From: an uncultured archaeon
GTDB lineage: Archaea > Thermoplasmatota > Penumbrarchaeia > JASLWR01
Assembly (NCBI GenBank): GCA_964342815.1
Contig: CAYFHS010000028.1
Location: forward strand, 1 to 50,540
Direction of reading: 5' to 3'
DNA: 50,540 nt
Both the position numbers and the translations under genes were made by a program. Under the pieces are notes generated by a model. It ran no database searches and was not told where the DNA came from. It saw only the letters and a program-made list of their open reading frames with translations. This document shows, one piece after another, positions 1 through 7,864 of the stretch (its first letter is position 1; each line of letters opens with the position of its first letter).

Positions 1-136
1 TCAATCGCCTAGCATAAACATCTGCAGTAACAAGGGAACCACGAGCAGTATTATCATACCATCGGCGGATATCATCATTTTCAAGGAGTTTCGCTGTATG
101 TCCCTTGTGGTTTTTGGTTTTCTTTTTCCTGGTCAT
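1..136 (-). CDS. Probable tyrosine recombinase/site-specific integrase, N-terminal 45 codons only (runs off the window edge)
   Basis: Not in the ORF track. My translation from ATG at 136 is MTRKKKTKNHKGHTAKLLENDDIRRWYDNTARGSLVTADVYARRL, matching the 'LL-D-DVRRWY-N-ARGS--TADVY-RRL' N-terminus I recognise from archaeal integrases. It starts 57 bp downstream of a tRNA 3' end. Catalytic residues are not visible. Confidence 0.65.
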   Translation of the reverse strand, partial: MTRKKKTKNHKGHTAKLLENDDIRRWYDNTARGSLVTADVYARRL

Positions 137-158
137 ACTGTAGATATAGATTTTCCAG

Positions 159-166
159 TATAAAAA
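159..166 (-). promoter_or_regulatory. Candidate TATA box for the integrase (leaderless transcript)
   Basis: TTTTTATA on the minus strand, 23-30 nt upstream of the ATG at 136, which is typical archaeal spacing. Confidence 0.45.
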
Positions 167-192
167 TCTTGTGTTTCGAACTAAATGTGCGA

Positions 193-265
193 TGGGCCCG
201 CCCGGATTCGAACCGGAGTCTATGGCTCCCGAAGCCACAAGGATGCCAAGCTACCCCACGGGCCC
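193..265 (-). tRNA. tRNA-Pro (anticodon CGG), intronless, CCA not encoded
   Basis: Reverse complement GGGCCCGTGGGGTAGCTTGGCATCCTTGTGGCTTCGGGAGCCATAGACTCCGGTTCGAATCCGGGCGGGCCCA: 7-bp acceptor stem, anticodon arm GTGGC-TTCGGGA-GCCAT, T-arm GGTTCGAATCC. Confidence 0.97.
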
Positions 266-294
266 AAATATGGGAAGAGGGATTGGGGTGGTTT

Positions 295-342
295 TGGGCC
301 CGTCAGAAGTGAACCGCGAGGTTTTACTTCAAAACGGGCCCA
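295..342. repeat. Strong inverted repeat/hairpin whose outer stem equals the tRNA-Pro acceptor stem
   Basis: TGGGCCCGT(295-303)/ACGGGCCCA(334-342) perfect 9-bp IR; inner GAAGT/ACTTC and AACC/GGTT close a GCGA loop. Confidence 0.8.
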
Positions 343-646
343 TTAAGTTTTGATATGTAATACTTACGTTCGTACTGTGAATTAATAATACTTAAATGTC
401 CTTTGATTTGAATATTTTTGGCGATAAGTGACCATTTTGAAAGTTTATTATAATATTCCACCAGTATTGATTTTTCTTTAGTCTTTGCGGAATGAATCAA
501 TTAGTATTTTCATTCCATTGATCCTTTTGGAGAAGGGTAAATGAGGGTAACAATTAAATGTTTTACCGTGAATAATGGACTGATCGGCTAAATTACTTAA
601 ATAGAATCCAGTAACTATTATATGCATAATTTCTTTGGCGGACTTC

Positions 647-1264
647 TTACTCATGAACTACAATAGGAATATACATATTTTCGTTTTTTTCCTTGAATCC
701 TTCAGGATCTCTTGAAAATTCTTCGTGTTCCTGAATCGCCCGTAATAAGATTTTCGCAGATTCAAATAGTTTTACTGCCCTGAAGAATTTCCAACACTGA
801 TCATTGATCTTTTTTGCTAGATCTCTAATAGCTTCCTGCTCTTTTTCACTGAGCAACGTAAGTGGCATTTTACTCGAGTCTTTGCTTAGATCCAGTATAT
901 TATTGATCTGAACCAGATAAGAGCCTATCTTTTTGATAACTGTTATGTCGACATTTAATATTCTACGTGCAAAAGGGTTGGTTATCTTATATAAGAAATC
1001 AGGTTTCATTAAATTTTGCAGGTCTTCAGAGCGGATCCATCTTTCCGAGAGTAATTGGTCTAAATTTGCTTGATAGGTTCTTGGAGTGAATTTGTAGTTA
1101 TCTGATTCCATATCTCCAAGGATCTTCAGAACATAATTTATTGTTTCAACGAGCTTCCTGCATTTTATCTGCTCCAGTTGATCGAATAATTCTTGTTCGC
1201 TCTTTTTTCTAAATAGAAATTTCCCTCTCATCATTGTTATCACCAGTAGTATATATGTCTCCAT
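647..1264 (-). CDS. Hypothetical, probably all-helical protein; AT-rich
   Basis: 205-aa ORF filling the gap with no competing ORF; no recognisable motif; start may be a downstream Met. Confidence 0.7.
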   Translation of the reverse strand: METYILLVITMMRGKFLFRKKSEQELFDQLEQIKCRKLVETINYVLKILGDMESDNYKFTPRTYQANLDQLLSERWIRSEDLQNLMKPDFLYKITNPFARRILNVDITVIKKIGSYLVQINNILDLSKDSSKMPLTLLSEKEQEAIRDLAKKINDQCWKFFRAVKLFESAKILLRAIQEHEEFSRDPEGFKEKNENMYIPIVVHE

Positions 1265-1365
1265 CTTTGACAGAAGATCCTTAATTATTTCAGATGATTA
1301 CATATATTAAATAATTTATCTTCATCAATCTGATGTGAAAAAATGATAGTAATATAATGGAAAAC

Positions 1366-1417
1366 GGTTCCCGTTACCAGCCAGAGGGAGAGATTGGGTG
1401 AAAATGAAACGGGAACC
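1366..1417. repeat. Intergenic inverted repeat
   Basis: GGTTCCCGTT(1366-1375)/AACGGGAACC(1408-1417), perfect 10-bp arms with a 32-nt spacer. Confidence 0.7.
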
Positions 1418-1501
1418 ATATAGATAATTGAAAACGAGTTATTTATTATTATAACTGGGGGCAGTGAAAGTAAATTTCAAAGTGAACTGTGAAATTATTA
1501 T

Positions 1502-2677
1502 CTATTGGATTGCTTCAGCCATTGTCCTGAAGGCTTCTTCCTCGGCAATATACAATTTATTTATCTTATTTTGTAGTTTTCCCAGTAACCCTGAGATATC
1601 TTTCGTTTCCATTTCTTTCTCGATTGTATTCATAAACGAGGCCATCTTCTCCTCGATTCTCAACATTTCAGTCAAAGCATCCTGTTTTTGCTCCTCAAAT
1701 AATCGATTTTTTTCAAAGCATAATTTCCTAACCTTCGCAAGTGAAGGCCATGAATCCGGTAAAGCCAGGGTAGCGATCTCAGACCATACCTTCGCAGAAT
1801 CCCCAAAGAGCGAGGCAGCTTCTTCGAGACCGGGTTTATTTAGCAGGGCAGCTGCTTCTCTCAAGAAATCTGCGTACATTGGCCTGAAAGAACTTCCTCC
1901 CGTGCCACCTATTTCGATATATATGAAAACGTTGAACAGGCAGGCAAATAGTTCCAATCCTTTGAACATATGTGACCATTTCGGAACGAGAGTTGCCCAT
2001 TTTTTTATACCCGCAAGCCCGAAGTTCTTGATCGGCGGGTTCATCATCTGGTACGCACAATCCCGAATGGCTTCCAGTATTCCGGGTCTTAGGTCAATTT
2101 TTTTAGCAGGTAAATTTACCAATAAAAGCTGGTTCTTTGGCGGAAATGGAGGGTACTTAGAATTACGAGCTCTGTTAAGCTCATCAATTGTCGTTGTGAC
2201 ACCCTTCTTTCCGCGGTCTCCAATAAAGACAGTATTTGTTTCTTCATCTACACCATATACAACAAAGGTATGATAACCGAAATGGGCGTCCTCGGGAATC
2301 GCCATGTAAGGAAGATATGCCATATCTCCATAGACGTAGGCTGGTTGCCCGGCTCTTAATATATTTTTCAACTGTTCATAGCCCTTTTTCAAGCTTCCTG
2401 TTCGATACAGCTCGCCTTTTCCTCCAAGTCTATTCAGCATGTTGAGCATGAACTCTTCATTCTGGCCACCAGTACGACCACCAATAAACGGAGCAGGCAT
2501 TTTCTTCATATACCAGTAGATGAATCCCAGACCACCTCCCAGTCCCAGTAGCATTTCCTCGCGAAAAGTTAAATTATTGTAGTCCATAATTGTCATTAAT
2601 GCTGTTGTTTGACAATGTCTTCCACCGAATTTATCAAAGTTATCGATTAGCAATCTCTCTTTCATTATCATCACCAC
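1502..2677 (-). CDS. BtrH N-terminal-domain (papain-like/C39-like) peptidase with DUF4872-like C-terminus
   Basis: GGRHCQTTAL (Cys nucleophile), EEMLLGLGGGLGFIY, VYGDMAYLPY, HFGYHTFVVYG (His): the BtrH-family signature. Confidence 0.85.
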   Translation of the reverse strand: MVMIMKERLLIDNFDKFGGRHCQTTALMTIMDYNNLTFREEMLLGLGGGLGFIYWYMKKMPAPFIGGRTGGQNEEFMLNMLNRLGGKGELYRTGSLKKGYEQLKNILRAGQPAYVYGDMAYLPYMAIPEDAHFGYHTFVVYGVDEETNTVFIGDRGKKGVTTTIDELNRARNSKYPPFPPKNQLLLVNLPAKKIDLRPGILEAIRDCAYQMMNPPIKNFGLAGIKKWATLVPKWSHMFKGLELFACLFNVFIYIEIGGTGGSSFRPMYADFLREAAALLNKPGLEEAASLFGDSAKVWSEIATLALPDSWPSLAKVRKLCFEKNRLFEEQKQDALTEMLRIEEKMASFMNTIEKEMETKDISGLLGKLQNKINKLYIAEEEAFRTMAEAIQ

Positions 2678-2687
2678 TTTTCTTCAT

Positions 2688-3140
2688 TCATATACGCGAG
2701 AACTGCAGTATAAAAATAACAATAATAATGATCGCGATCACTCCACCCACTACTATCATCCATCTAGCAATCCTCTTGTCTGATCCGAAAATTATAGGAA
2801 TGGGTCCGATGAATACCACACCTCCTGCTCGGAACTCACCCTCGGTCCCAATTGTATTTATCTCGCTATTATGAGAAACTTCGTTATTCTTACTTTTATT
2901 GTGTATACCTGAAATTCGTCTGTTTTTATCATAGATGTTCGATTTCGTTCCTTTCGATAAAAATGACGAAATATATAATGCGATTATACCGACAAGGATC
3001 ATTAATATTCCTATCATACCGAACAGATCGCCTTTACTGGATATAACCGGAATAATAAGGAACAACGATATCTCGGAGCCTCCTCGCACTATAGAATACA
3101 CTAATAATCCAATGCCCAATCCTAATGAAAGAAAAGCCAT
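2688..3140 (-). CDS. DUF131 / TIGR00304-family membrane protein
   Basis: Hydrophobic segments plus the hallmark GGVVFIGPIPIIFGSD. Confidence 0.9.
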   Translation of the reverse strand: MAFLSLGLGIGLLVYSIVRGGSEISLFLIIPVISSKGDLFGMIGILMILVGIIALYISSFLSKGTKSNIYDKNRRISGIHNKSKNNEVSHNSEINTIGTEGEFRAGGVVFIGPIPIIFGSDKRIARWMIVVGGVIAIIIIVIFILQFSRI

Positions 3141-3203
3141 GACGAAAACAATATGGATTTTTCCTATCCTTTGGCTAATATCGACCCTCCATTTATTAAT
3201 TAA

Positions 3204-6200
3204 TCATTCATCGCTTTCGTCCAGGAGATCCTCCTCGTCCATTTCCTCCAGATGTTCATCTTCAGCAAGCAGTTCTTCTTCACTGATAATACCTTGGTCC
3301 CCTCCAGTGTAATGTTCCAATTCTTTCTTAAGGTCATCCTCTGCCTCCATTTCATTCTCATCACCAATATCCTCCACTCCTTCCGCTATCAATTCCTCGG
3401 TACAATGCGGACAATGAGAATCAGATGAGCTTACTTCTGAACCGCAGGCGATACAAACCATCTCCACACCTTCTTGTAGGTTGTTAGATTTTGTTGAGCG
3501 TTCCTTCTCTTTTGCCAATTTGCTTGCTTTTTCTTCGGATTCTTTTTCTTCCGCATTACTTGCGTTATTTTTGGGTTCTTCTTCATTCTCAGATTCAACG
3601 GTACCATCATCTTCAGGAATCTCGGTTTCCCCTGCTTTCCCTCTTTTTCGTAGTATCGAGATTGTTACAAAGATTAGCAATATCACGATAAGACCGGCTG
3701 CACTGAAAATGTAAATTGAAAGTCCTTTCTCAGACCCATTCTGTTCTGGTCTATCGATAATTTCAATCACTATAGTCGTATTGTCTGAGATATGGCCGGA
3801 ACCGTCGTAGACCCTGAGAGTTACTACATATAATCCGGGTTCCGTAAATTCCCTTGTATAAATAGATTTGTCCGTTGTATGAGAGTAGTTAATCGAGAGG
3901 CTTCCAAACCTTGTAAAAATCCATGAATAATTCAGAGGTTCATCGTCGGGATCAATAGAACCCGTTGCATCAAAAATGACTTTTTCACCAGTTTGAAAAA
4001 TGCTGCCGTTGATAGGTAAATCCAATACCGCCCTTGGCCGGGGATCAAGGGAAACCAGATCTTTGAATAATACCGTTTGTACACCTATTATCCGGTCGTG
4101 GGCTTCGAAGCGAAAGCTGTGATTACCTACTGGTAATCCCTGTAACAGGTAATAATATTCCTTACCATCGCGGACATTCAAATCAGCAGCCAAGCCGGGT
4201 CTCATATACAGTCTTGTCGAGTTATCGATTATTAAATAAATCTCGTTTGGGAAATCTCCATCCTGATCAAGATATAAAACGGTGAAATTGAAATTGCCGT
4301 CACTGGGCCCCGATAAAGGGCTGACCGAGGGAGATGAAAGGAGGGGATTTGTATTGGAAAATGTGCCCACGGCAATGACTGTACTACCAGTTGAAGCGTA
4401 TGAATAAGGCAGTCCGGTTATATTCGTCCGGATTCGATTCGTCCCTATCTCGGATTCCCCAGGGATTTCCACCCACCCTGTCACAATATCGAAATAATAT
4501 ATTGACAGGTAGGATTGGTTCAGACCGTAAGGGAATCCTTTTTCATCATAGAAGAATTCGAAGTTCATCCATCCCATAAGAGCAATATCCTTTCGAGTTA
4601 TGTTTAAAAATATTTCAATATCGCGTCCTGTCACATTGGAAGGATTTCCAGTGAAATCGAGAGCCATGGAAGCATTCTTGCCCCCGATTAAGGTGACAAG
4701 AGAGATAGTCCAGTTTGACTCAAAGTTTTCTTTGTGGTAACTAAGTATTGTGCTTTTGTAAACATGGACCCATAGTGAACTCGAGTCCCGACCGCCTTGC
4801 CCATCATCAACCATTAGGGTAATATTGTGCAAACCAGGGGTCGCTAACCTGATAAAGGTTGAGCCATCATCGCCTCGGTACAATTCGCCGTCGATATCAC
4901 TGGACCAGGTATACTGCAGAATATCCCCATCGCTGTCGGAGCTGTAACTTGCGTTTACTGCAATGGTCTCGTAGGTGAAGAAAGTCGATCCTGAAACCGG
5001 TAGACTGATCCTCGCTATTGGTATGCTGTTCGGTGCTCCGAAGCAGTACACTTTTCCATTAACGGTGGTAGCGAGTACCATTTCGGAGACTGCAATGGAT
5101 TCGGTTACTGCGGATTCACTTAAGAACGACCAACATATTTTCCCTTCTTTTGAGTTGTCCGATGGGGTTACTGCAAATATCCTATTATCAATGGTGGCAA
5201 AGTATGCTACGTCCCCACCCATTGAGATATCCGTAGAGATAGCTGATGACACATTTAAAGTCATGGAAATCTCACCGTTTTTGGGAGATACCATGTAAAA
5301 TTTTCCTGCTTCCGAACCAAAATAAATAGAATCGCTTTCTGGAGAGTATGCCGCTGATGTAGTGATATTGGAGGCTACAGGCAGTGACCAACGGATTTTC
5401 ATCGAATCAAGGTCCAATAACTGTAGCCGATCACCCCTTGGAAAAATTACAGTTCCTGAAATGATTGTCAATGAATGAGACAGATGTGAATCCAAATTCG
5501 TTTCATAGGTCCAAACGTGGGAGCCATTAAACCTATTGAAGGCAAATATCCGTCCATTTGTACTCCCCATAAGCACCAACTCACCGGATACGGATGGGGC
5601 GCAATTTTCAACATTACCTGGCATGGAAACATTGAAAAGAACCTTCCCATTATCCTCATCAAAGCTTGTAAGAACGTTACCACGGGCCAGGAAGACCGAG
5701 CCGTTTGCAACTGTAGGCGGAGCAGTGGGTGATATTGGTGTTTTATATTCCCATATTATATCAGCATCGCCTATATCAGTGTTTTTTTCCGATAAAATAC
5801 CAGTGTTTCCGTCCTCGAAACCGTTAATATCGAGTGCAATCAGTCGATCTTCAAGAGGGACGAAAATCTTATCATAACCTGCCGCAATAGGATAATTTAT
5901 TAATGAAGAGAAATCCGCCTCCCAGCTCACTGTACCATCCAAGTTGATATAGACTGACGAGATATGACCACTTTTATTGACGATAATTGCTCTTTCCTTA
6001 TAGATGATGGGAGAAAGTAATTCGCTCCCAATATCCTTTTGCCAGAGAGTGCGGTTGGTCAATGTCCCTTTAGGCGAATATCCCCAGTGTTGGCTGTTTC
6101 CGCCTGCCATGGGCCATTCGATTTTTATCTCTCTTTTAAACGCTATCAATGTGGTTGCATTGTTGTTCTGGAACCTAGTCTCGGTCAGAACGCTGTTATC

Positions 6201-7796
6201 GAGTTCCGCGTTTATTTTCCATAAGTTATTTGTATTATCCAAAACGGTCCAATTGAAAAAGAAAGTTGAATTGGATAGTTTCTCCACACGAACCCTTTTC
6301 CGGCCCAAGGTATGATTCGTGGTGAAATCCACATCCGAGGCGGTGACGGTCAAATCCACATCCGAGGCAACAGTACCAAGGTTTGAAACTCCTATTTCTA
6401 TAGAAATATTTTCACCAACGTAAGGACTTTTATCCGAAATATTGATGTTACCGTTCCGGATGGAAAAATCCGGTGCACCGATACAATAAAGCTTATCATC
6501 ATCGCTCCCAATGAACAACCTTCCATTAGAAATAGCTGGACTGGAATGTATTATTGCTTCAGTTGTGTAATTCCAAAGCTCGCTAGTGGTTCCATCTCCG
6601 TTACCTGCTGCGTCAAGGGCCCATATCTTGCGATCGAATCCACCGAAAAAGACCATCTCCCCGGCAATGGCTGGTGAGGATTGAATGGATTCATATGTGT
6701 TAAATGACCATATTGGTGTCCCCGAACCAGAATCAAGCGCTATCATACTACCGCCATAAGTACCTACATATAGGCGATTTGTATCCGGGTCGAAAGCGGC
6801 TGTTGACTGTATCTTTCCACTTACAGAATTGTTCCAGAGCTCATCACCGTCATCCAATGCAAAAGAATACATAAAATTAGTACCTGTTTCATTGAAAGTA
6901 CTTACGATAACGGCACCTGGGATGATCGTGGGTGACGCGAGTATCGAACTACCAATATCTTTGATCCATAATATATCCGCAGTGGTATTATTCCCGTCTT
7001 CGTGGACTCCTTGGTCTCCATCCAACAAACCATCATGGTCCAATGCATAGAGTTTTCCATTGTCGCAACCGATAAAGACCGTTCCATTATGAATCGCTGG
7101 TGAAGCTGGAGCGCCCCTCAACGACACACCGAAAGATACGTTCCAGAGTTCTTTACCCTCCAATGATACCGCATAAAGATTACTGTTATTGTACATGGTT
7201 CCGAAAAATATGGTATCGTTATAGATCGCCGGAGAGCTGTATATTTTAGTATCAACTGTAAAAATAGATTCTTTATTACCAGTGCTTGCATTCACTTTCC
7301 AAAGTTTATTACTAGCTCCAACATACAGGAACCCATCAGAATAAACTGGTGTGGAATAAATCTCACCTTCTAACCATATATGCCAGTTCTTGCTCCCATT
7401 ATCAATGTTGAAGGAAGCCATGTAAAAATTGTTTGAGCATGCGAATACAGTATTTCCAATTACGATGGGTGTAGAATAAATATCGCCCTGAACCGGGTTC
7501 AGCTCTTTCATGTTAAAGCTCCAAAGGAGATCCGGGTACAGGGGAGGCTGAGTATAAGAACGGGATGCATGGGCCATATCCCTGCAGAACATGGGCCAAT
7601 CATCATCTTTTCTGTCGTCATTACCTCTAATTTTGTCTACAAAATCCAGTGTTCTTGGGGGTATTTGAAGAGCTCTTGCCCTTTTTTCTGTATTCTCAAT
7701 TTGGGATTGATCAAATAGGGTAAGCAGATTTCCTGTCATTACCATTAATATAAAGGCCAGTGCAATTACCTTAAAAAAATATTTTCTAACGGTCAT
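3204..7796 (-). CDS. Large cell-surface protein: two PQQ-like (BamB-type) beta-propellers, CARDB/Ig-like and PKD domains, TM helix, Zn ribbon, acidic tail
   Basis: Signal peptide; repeated 'SSPAI...VFFG..D.K.YAL..W' blades; PKD motifs (FDATGSIDPD, VTLRVYDG); TM LSIYIFSAAGLIVILLIFVTISIL; CIAC-x10-CPHC; D/E-rich end. Confidence 0.9.
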   Translation of the reverse strand: MTVRKYFFKVIALAFILMVMTGNLLTLFDQSQIENTEKRARALQIPPRTLDFVDKIRGNDDRKDDDWPMFCRDMAHASRSYTQPPLYPDLLWSFNMKELNPVQGDIYSTPIVIGNTVFACSNNFYMASFNIDNGSKNWHIWLEGEIYSTPVYSDGFLYVGASNKLWKVNASTGNKESIFTVDTKIYSSPAIYNDTIFFGTMYNNSNLYAVSLEGKELWNVSFGVSLRGAPASPAIHNGTVFIGCDNGKLYALDHDGLLDGDQGVHEDGNNTTADILWIKDIGSSILASPTIIPGAVIVSTFNETGTNFMYSFALDDGDELWNNSVSGKIQSTAAFDPDTNRLYVGTYGGSMIALDSGSGTPIWSFNTYESIQSSPAIAGEMVFFGGFDRKIWALDAAGNGDGTTSELWNYTTEAIIHSSPAISNGRLFIGSDDDKLYCIGAPDFSIRNGNINISDKSPYVGENISIEIGVSNLGTVASDVDLTVTASDVDFTTNHTLGRKRVRVEKLSNSTFFFNWTVLDNTNNLWKINAELDNSVLTETRFQNNNATTLIAFKREIKIEWPMAGGNSQHWGYSPKGTLTNRTLWQKDIGSELLSPIIYKERAIIVNKSGHISSVYINLDGTVSWEADFSSLINYPIAAGYDKIFVPLEDRLIALDINGFEDGNTGILSEKNTDIGDADIIWEYKTPISPTAPPTVANGSVFLARGNVLTSFDEDNGKVLFNVSMPGNVENCAPSVSGELVLMGSTNGRIFAFNRFNGSHVWTYETNLDSHLSHSLTIISGTVIFPRGDRLQLLDLDSMKIRWSLPVASNITTSAAYSPESDSIYFGSEAGKFYMVSPKNGEISMTLNVSSAISTDISMGGDVAYFATIDNRIFAVTPSDNSKEGKICWSFLSESAVTESIAVSEMVLATTVNGKVYCFGAPNSIPIARISLPVSGSTFFTYETIAVNASYSSDSDGDILQYTWSSDIDGELYRGDDGSTFIRLATPGLHNITLMVDDGQGGRDSSSLWVHVYKSTILSYHKENFESNWTISLVTLIGGKNASMALDFTGNPSNVTGRDIEIFLNITRKDIALMGWMNFEFFYDEKGFPYGLNQSYLSIYYFDIVTGWVEIPGESEIGTNRIRTNITGLPYSYASTGSTVIAVGTFSNTNPLLSSPSVSPLSGPSDGNFNFTVLYLDQDGDFPNEIYLIIDNSTRLYMRPGLAADLNVRDGKEYYYLLQGLPVGNHSFRFEAHDRIIGVQTVLFKDLVSLDPRPRAVLDLPINGSIFQTGEKVIFDATGSIDPDDEPLNYSWIFTRFGSLSINYSHTTDKSIYTREFTEPGLYVVTLRVYDGSGHISDNTTIVIEIIDRPEQNGSEKGLSIYIFSAAGLIVILLIFVTISILRKRGKAGETEIPEDDGTVESENEEEPKNNASNAEEKESEEKASKLAKEKERSTKSNNLQEGVEMVCIACGSEVSSSDSHCPHCTEELIAEGVEDIGDENEMEAEDDLKKELEHYTGGDQGIISEEELLAEDEHLEEMDEEDLLDESDE

Positions 7797-7864
7797 ATAT
7801 ATTCCTCATTGAATAGTGTTAAGTGTGTATAAGTTTTAATTTTCTAAAACAGATGATATAATAA

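Noticed and set aside
171-353. 60-aa plus-strand ORF
   Set aside because: It is the antisense of tRNA-Pro and the adjacent hairpin.
295-1417. Hairpins as integron attC sites or SECIS elements
   Set aside because: No RYYYAAC/GTTRRRY ends, the neighbouring recombinase does not look like IntI, and no in-frame UGA selenoprotein was seen. Kept only as an unclassified hairpin pair.
1464-2273. 269-aa plus-strand ORF, and the many other short ORFs nested opposite large genes (e.g. 7887-8351, 18870-19439, 43466-43936)
   Set aside because: Antisense shadows of well-supported genes, with no motifs of their own.
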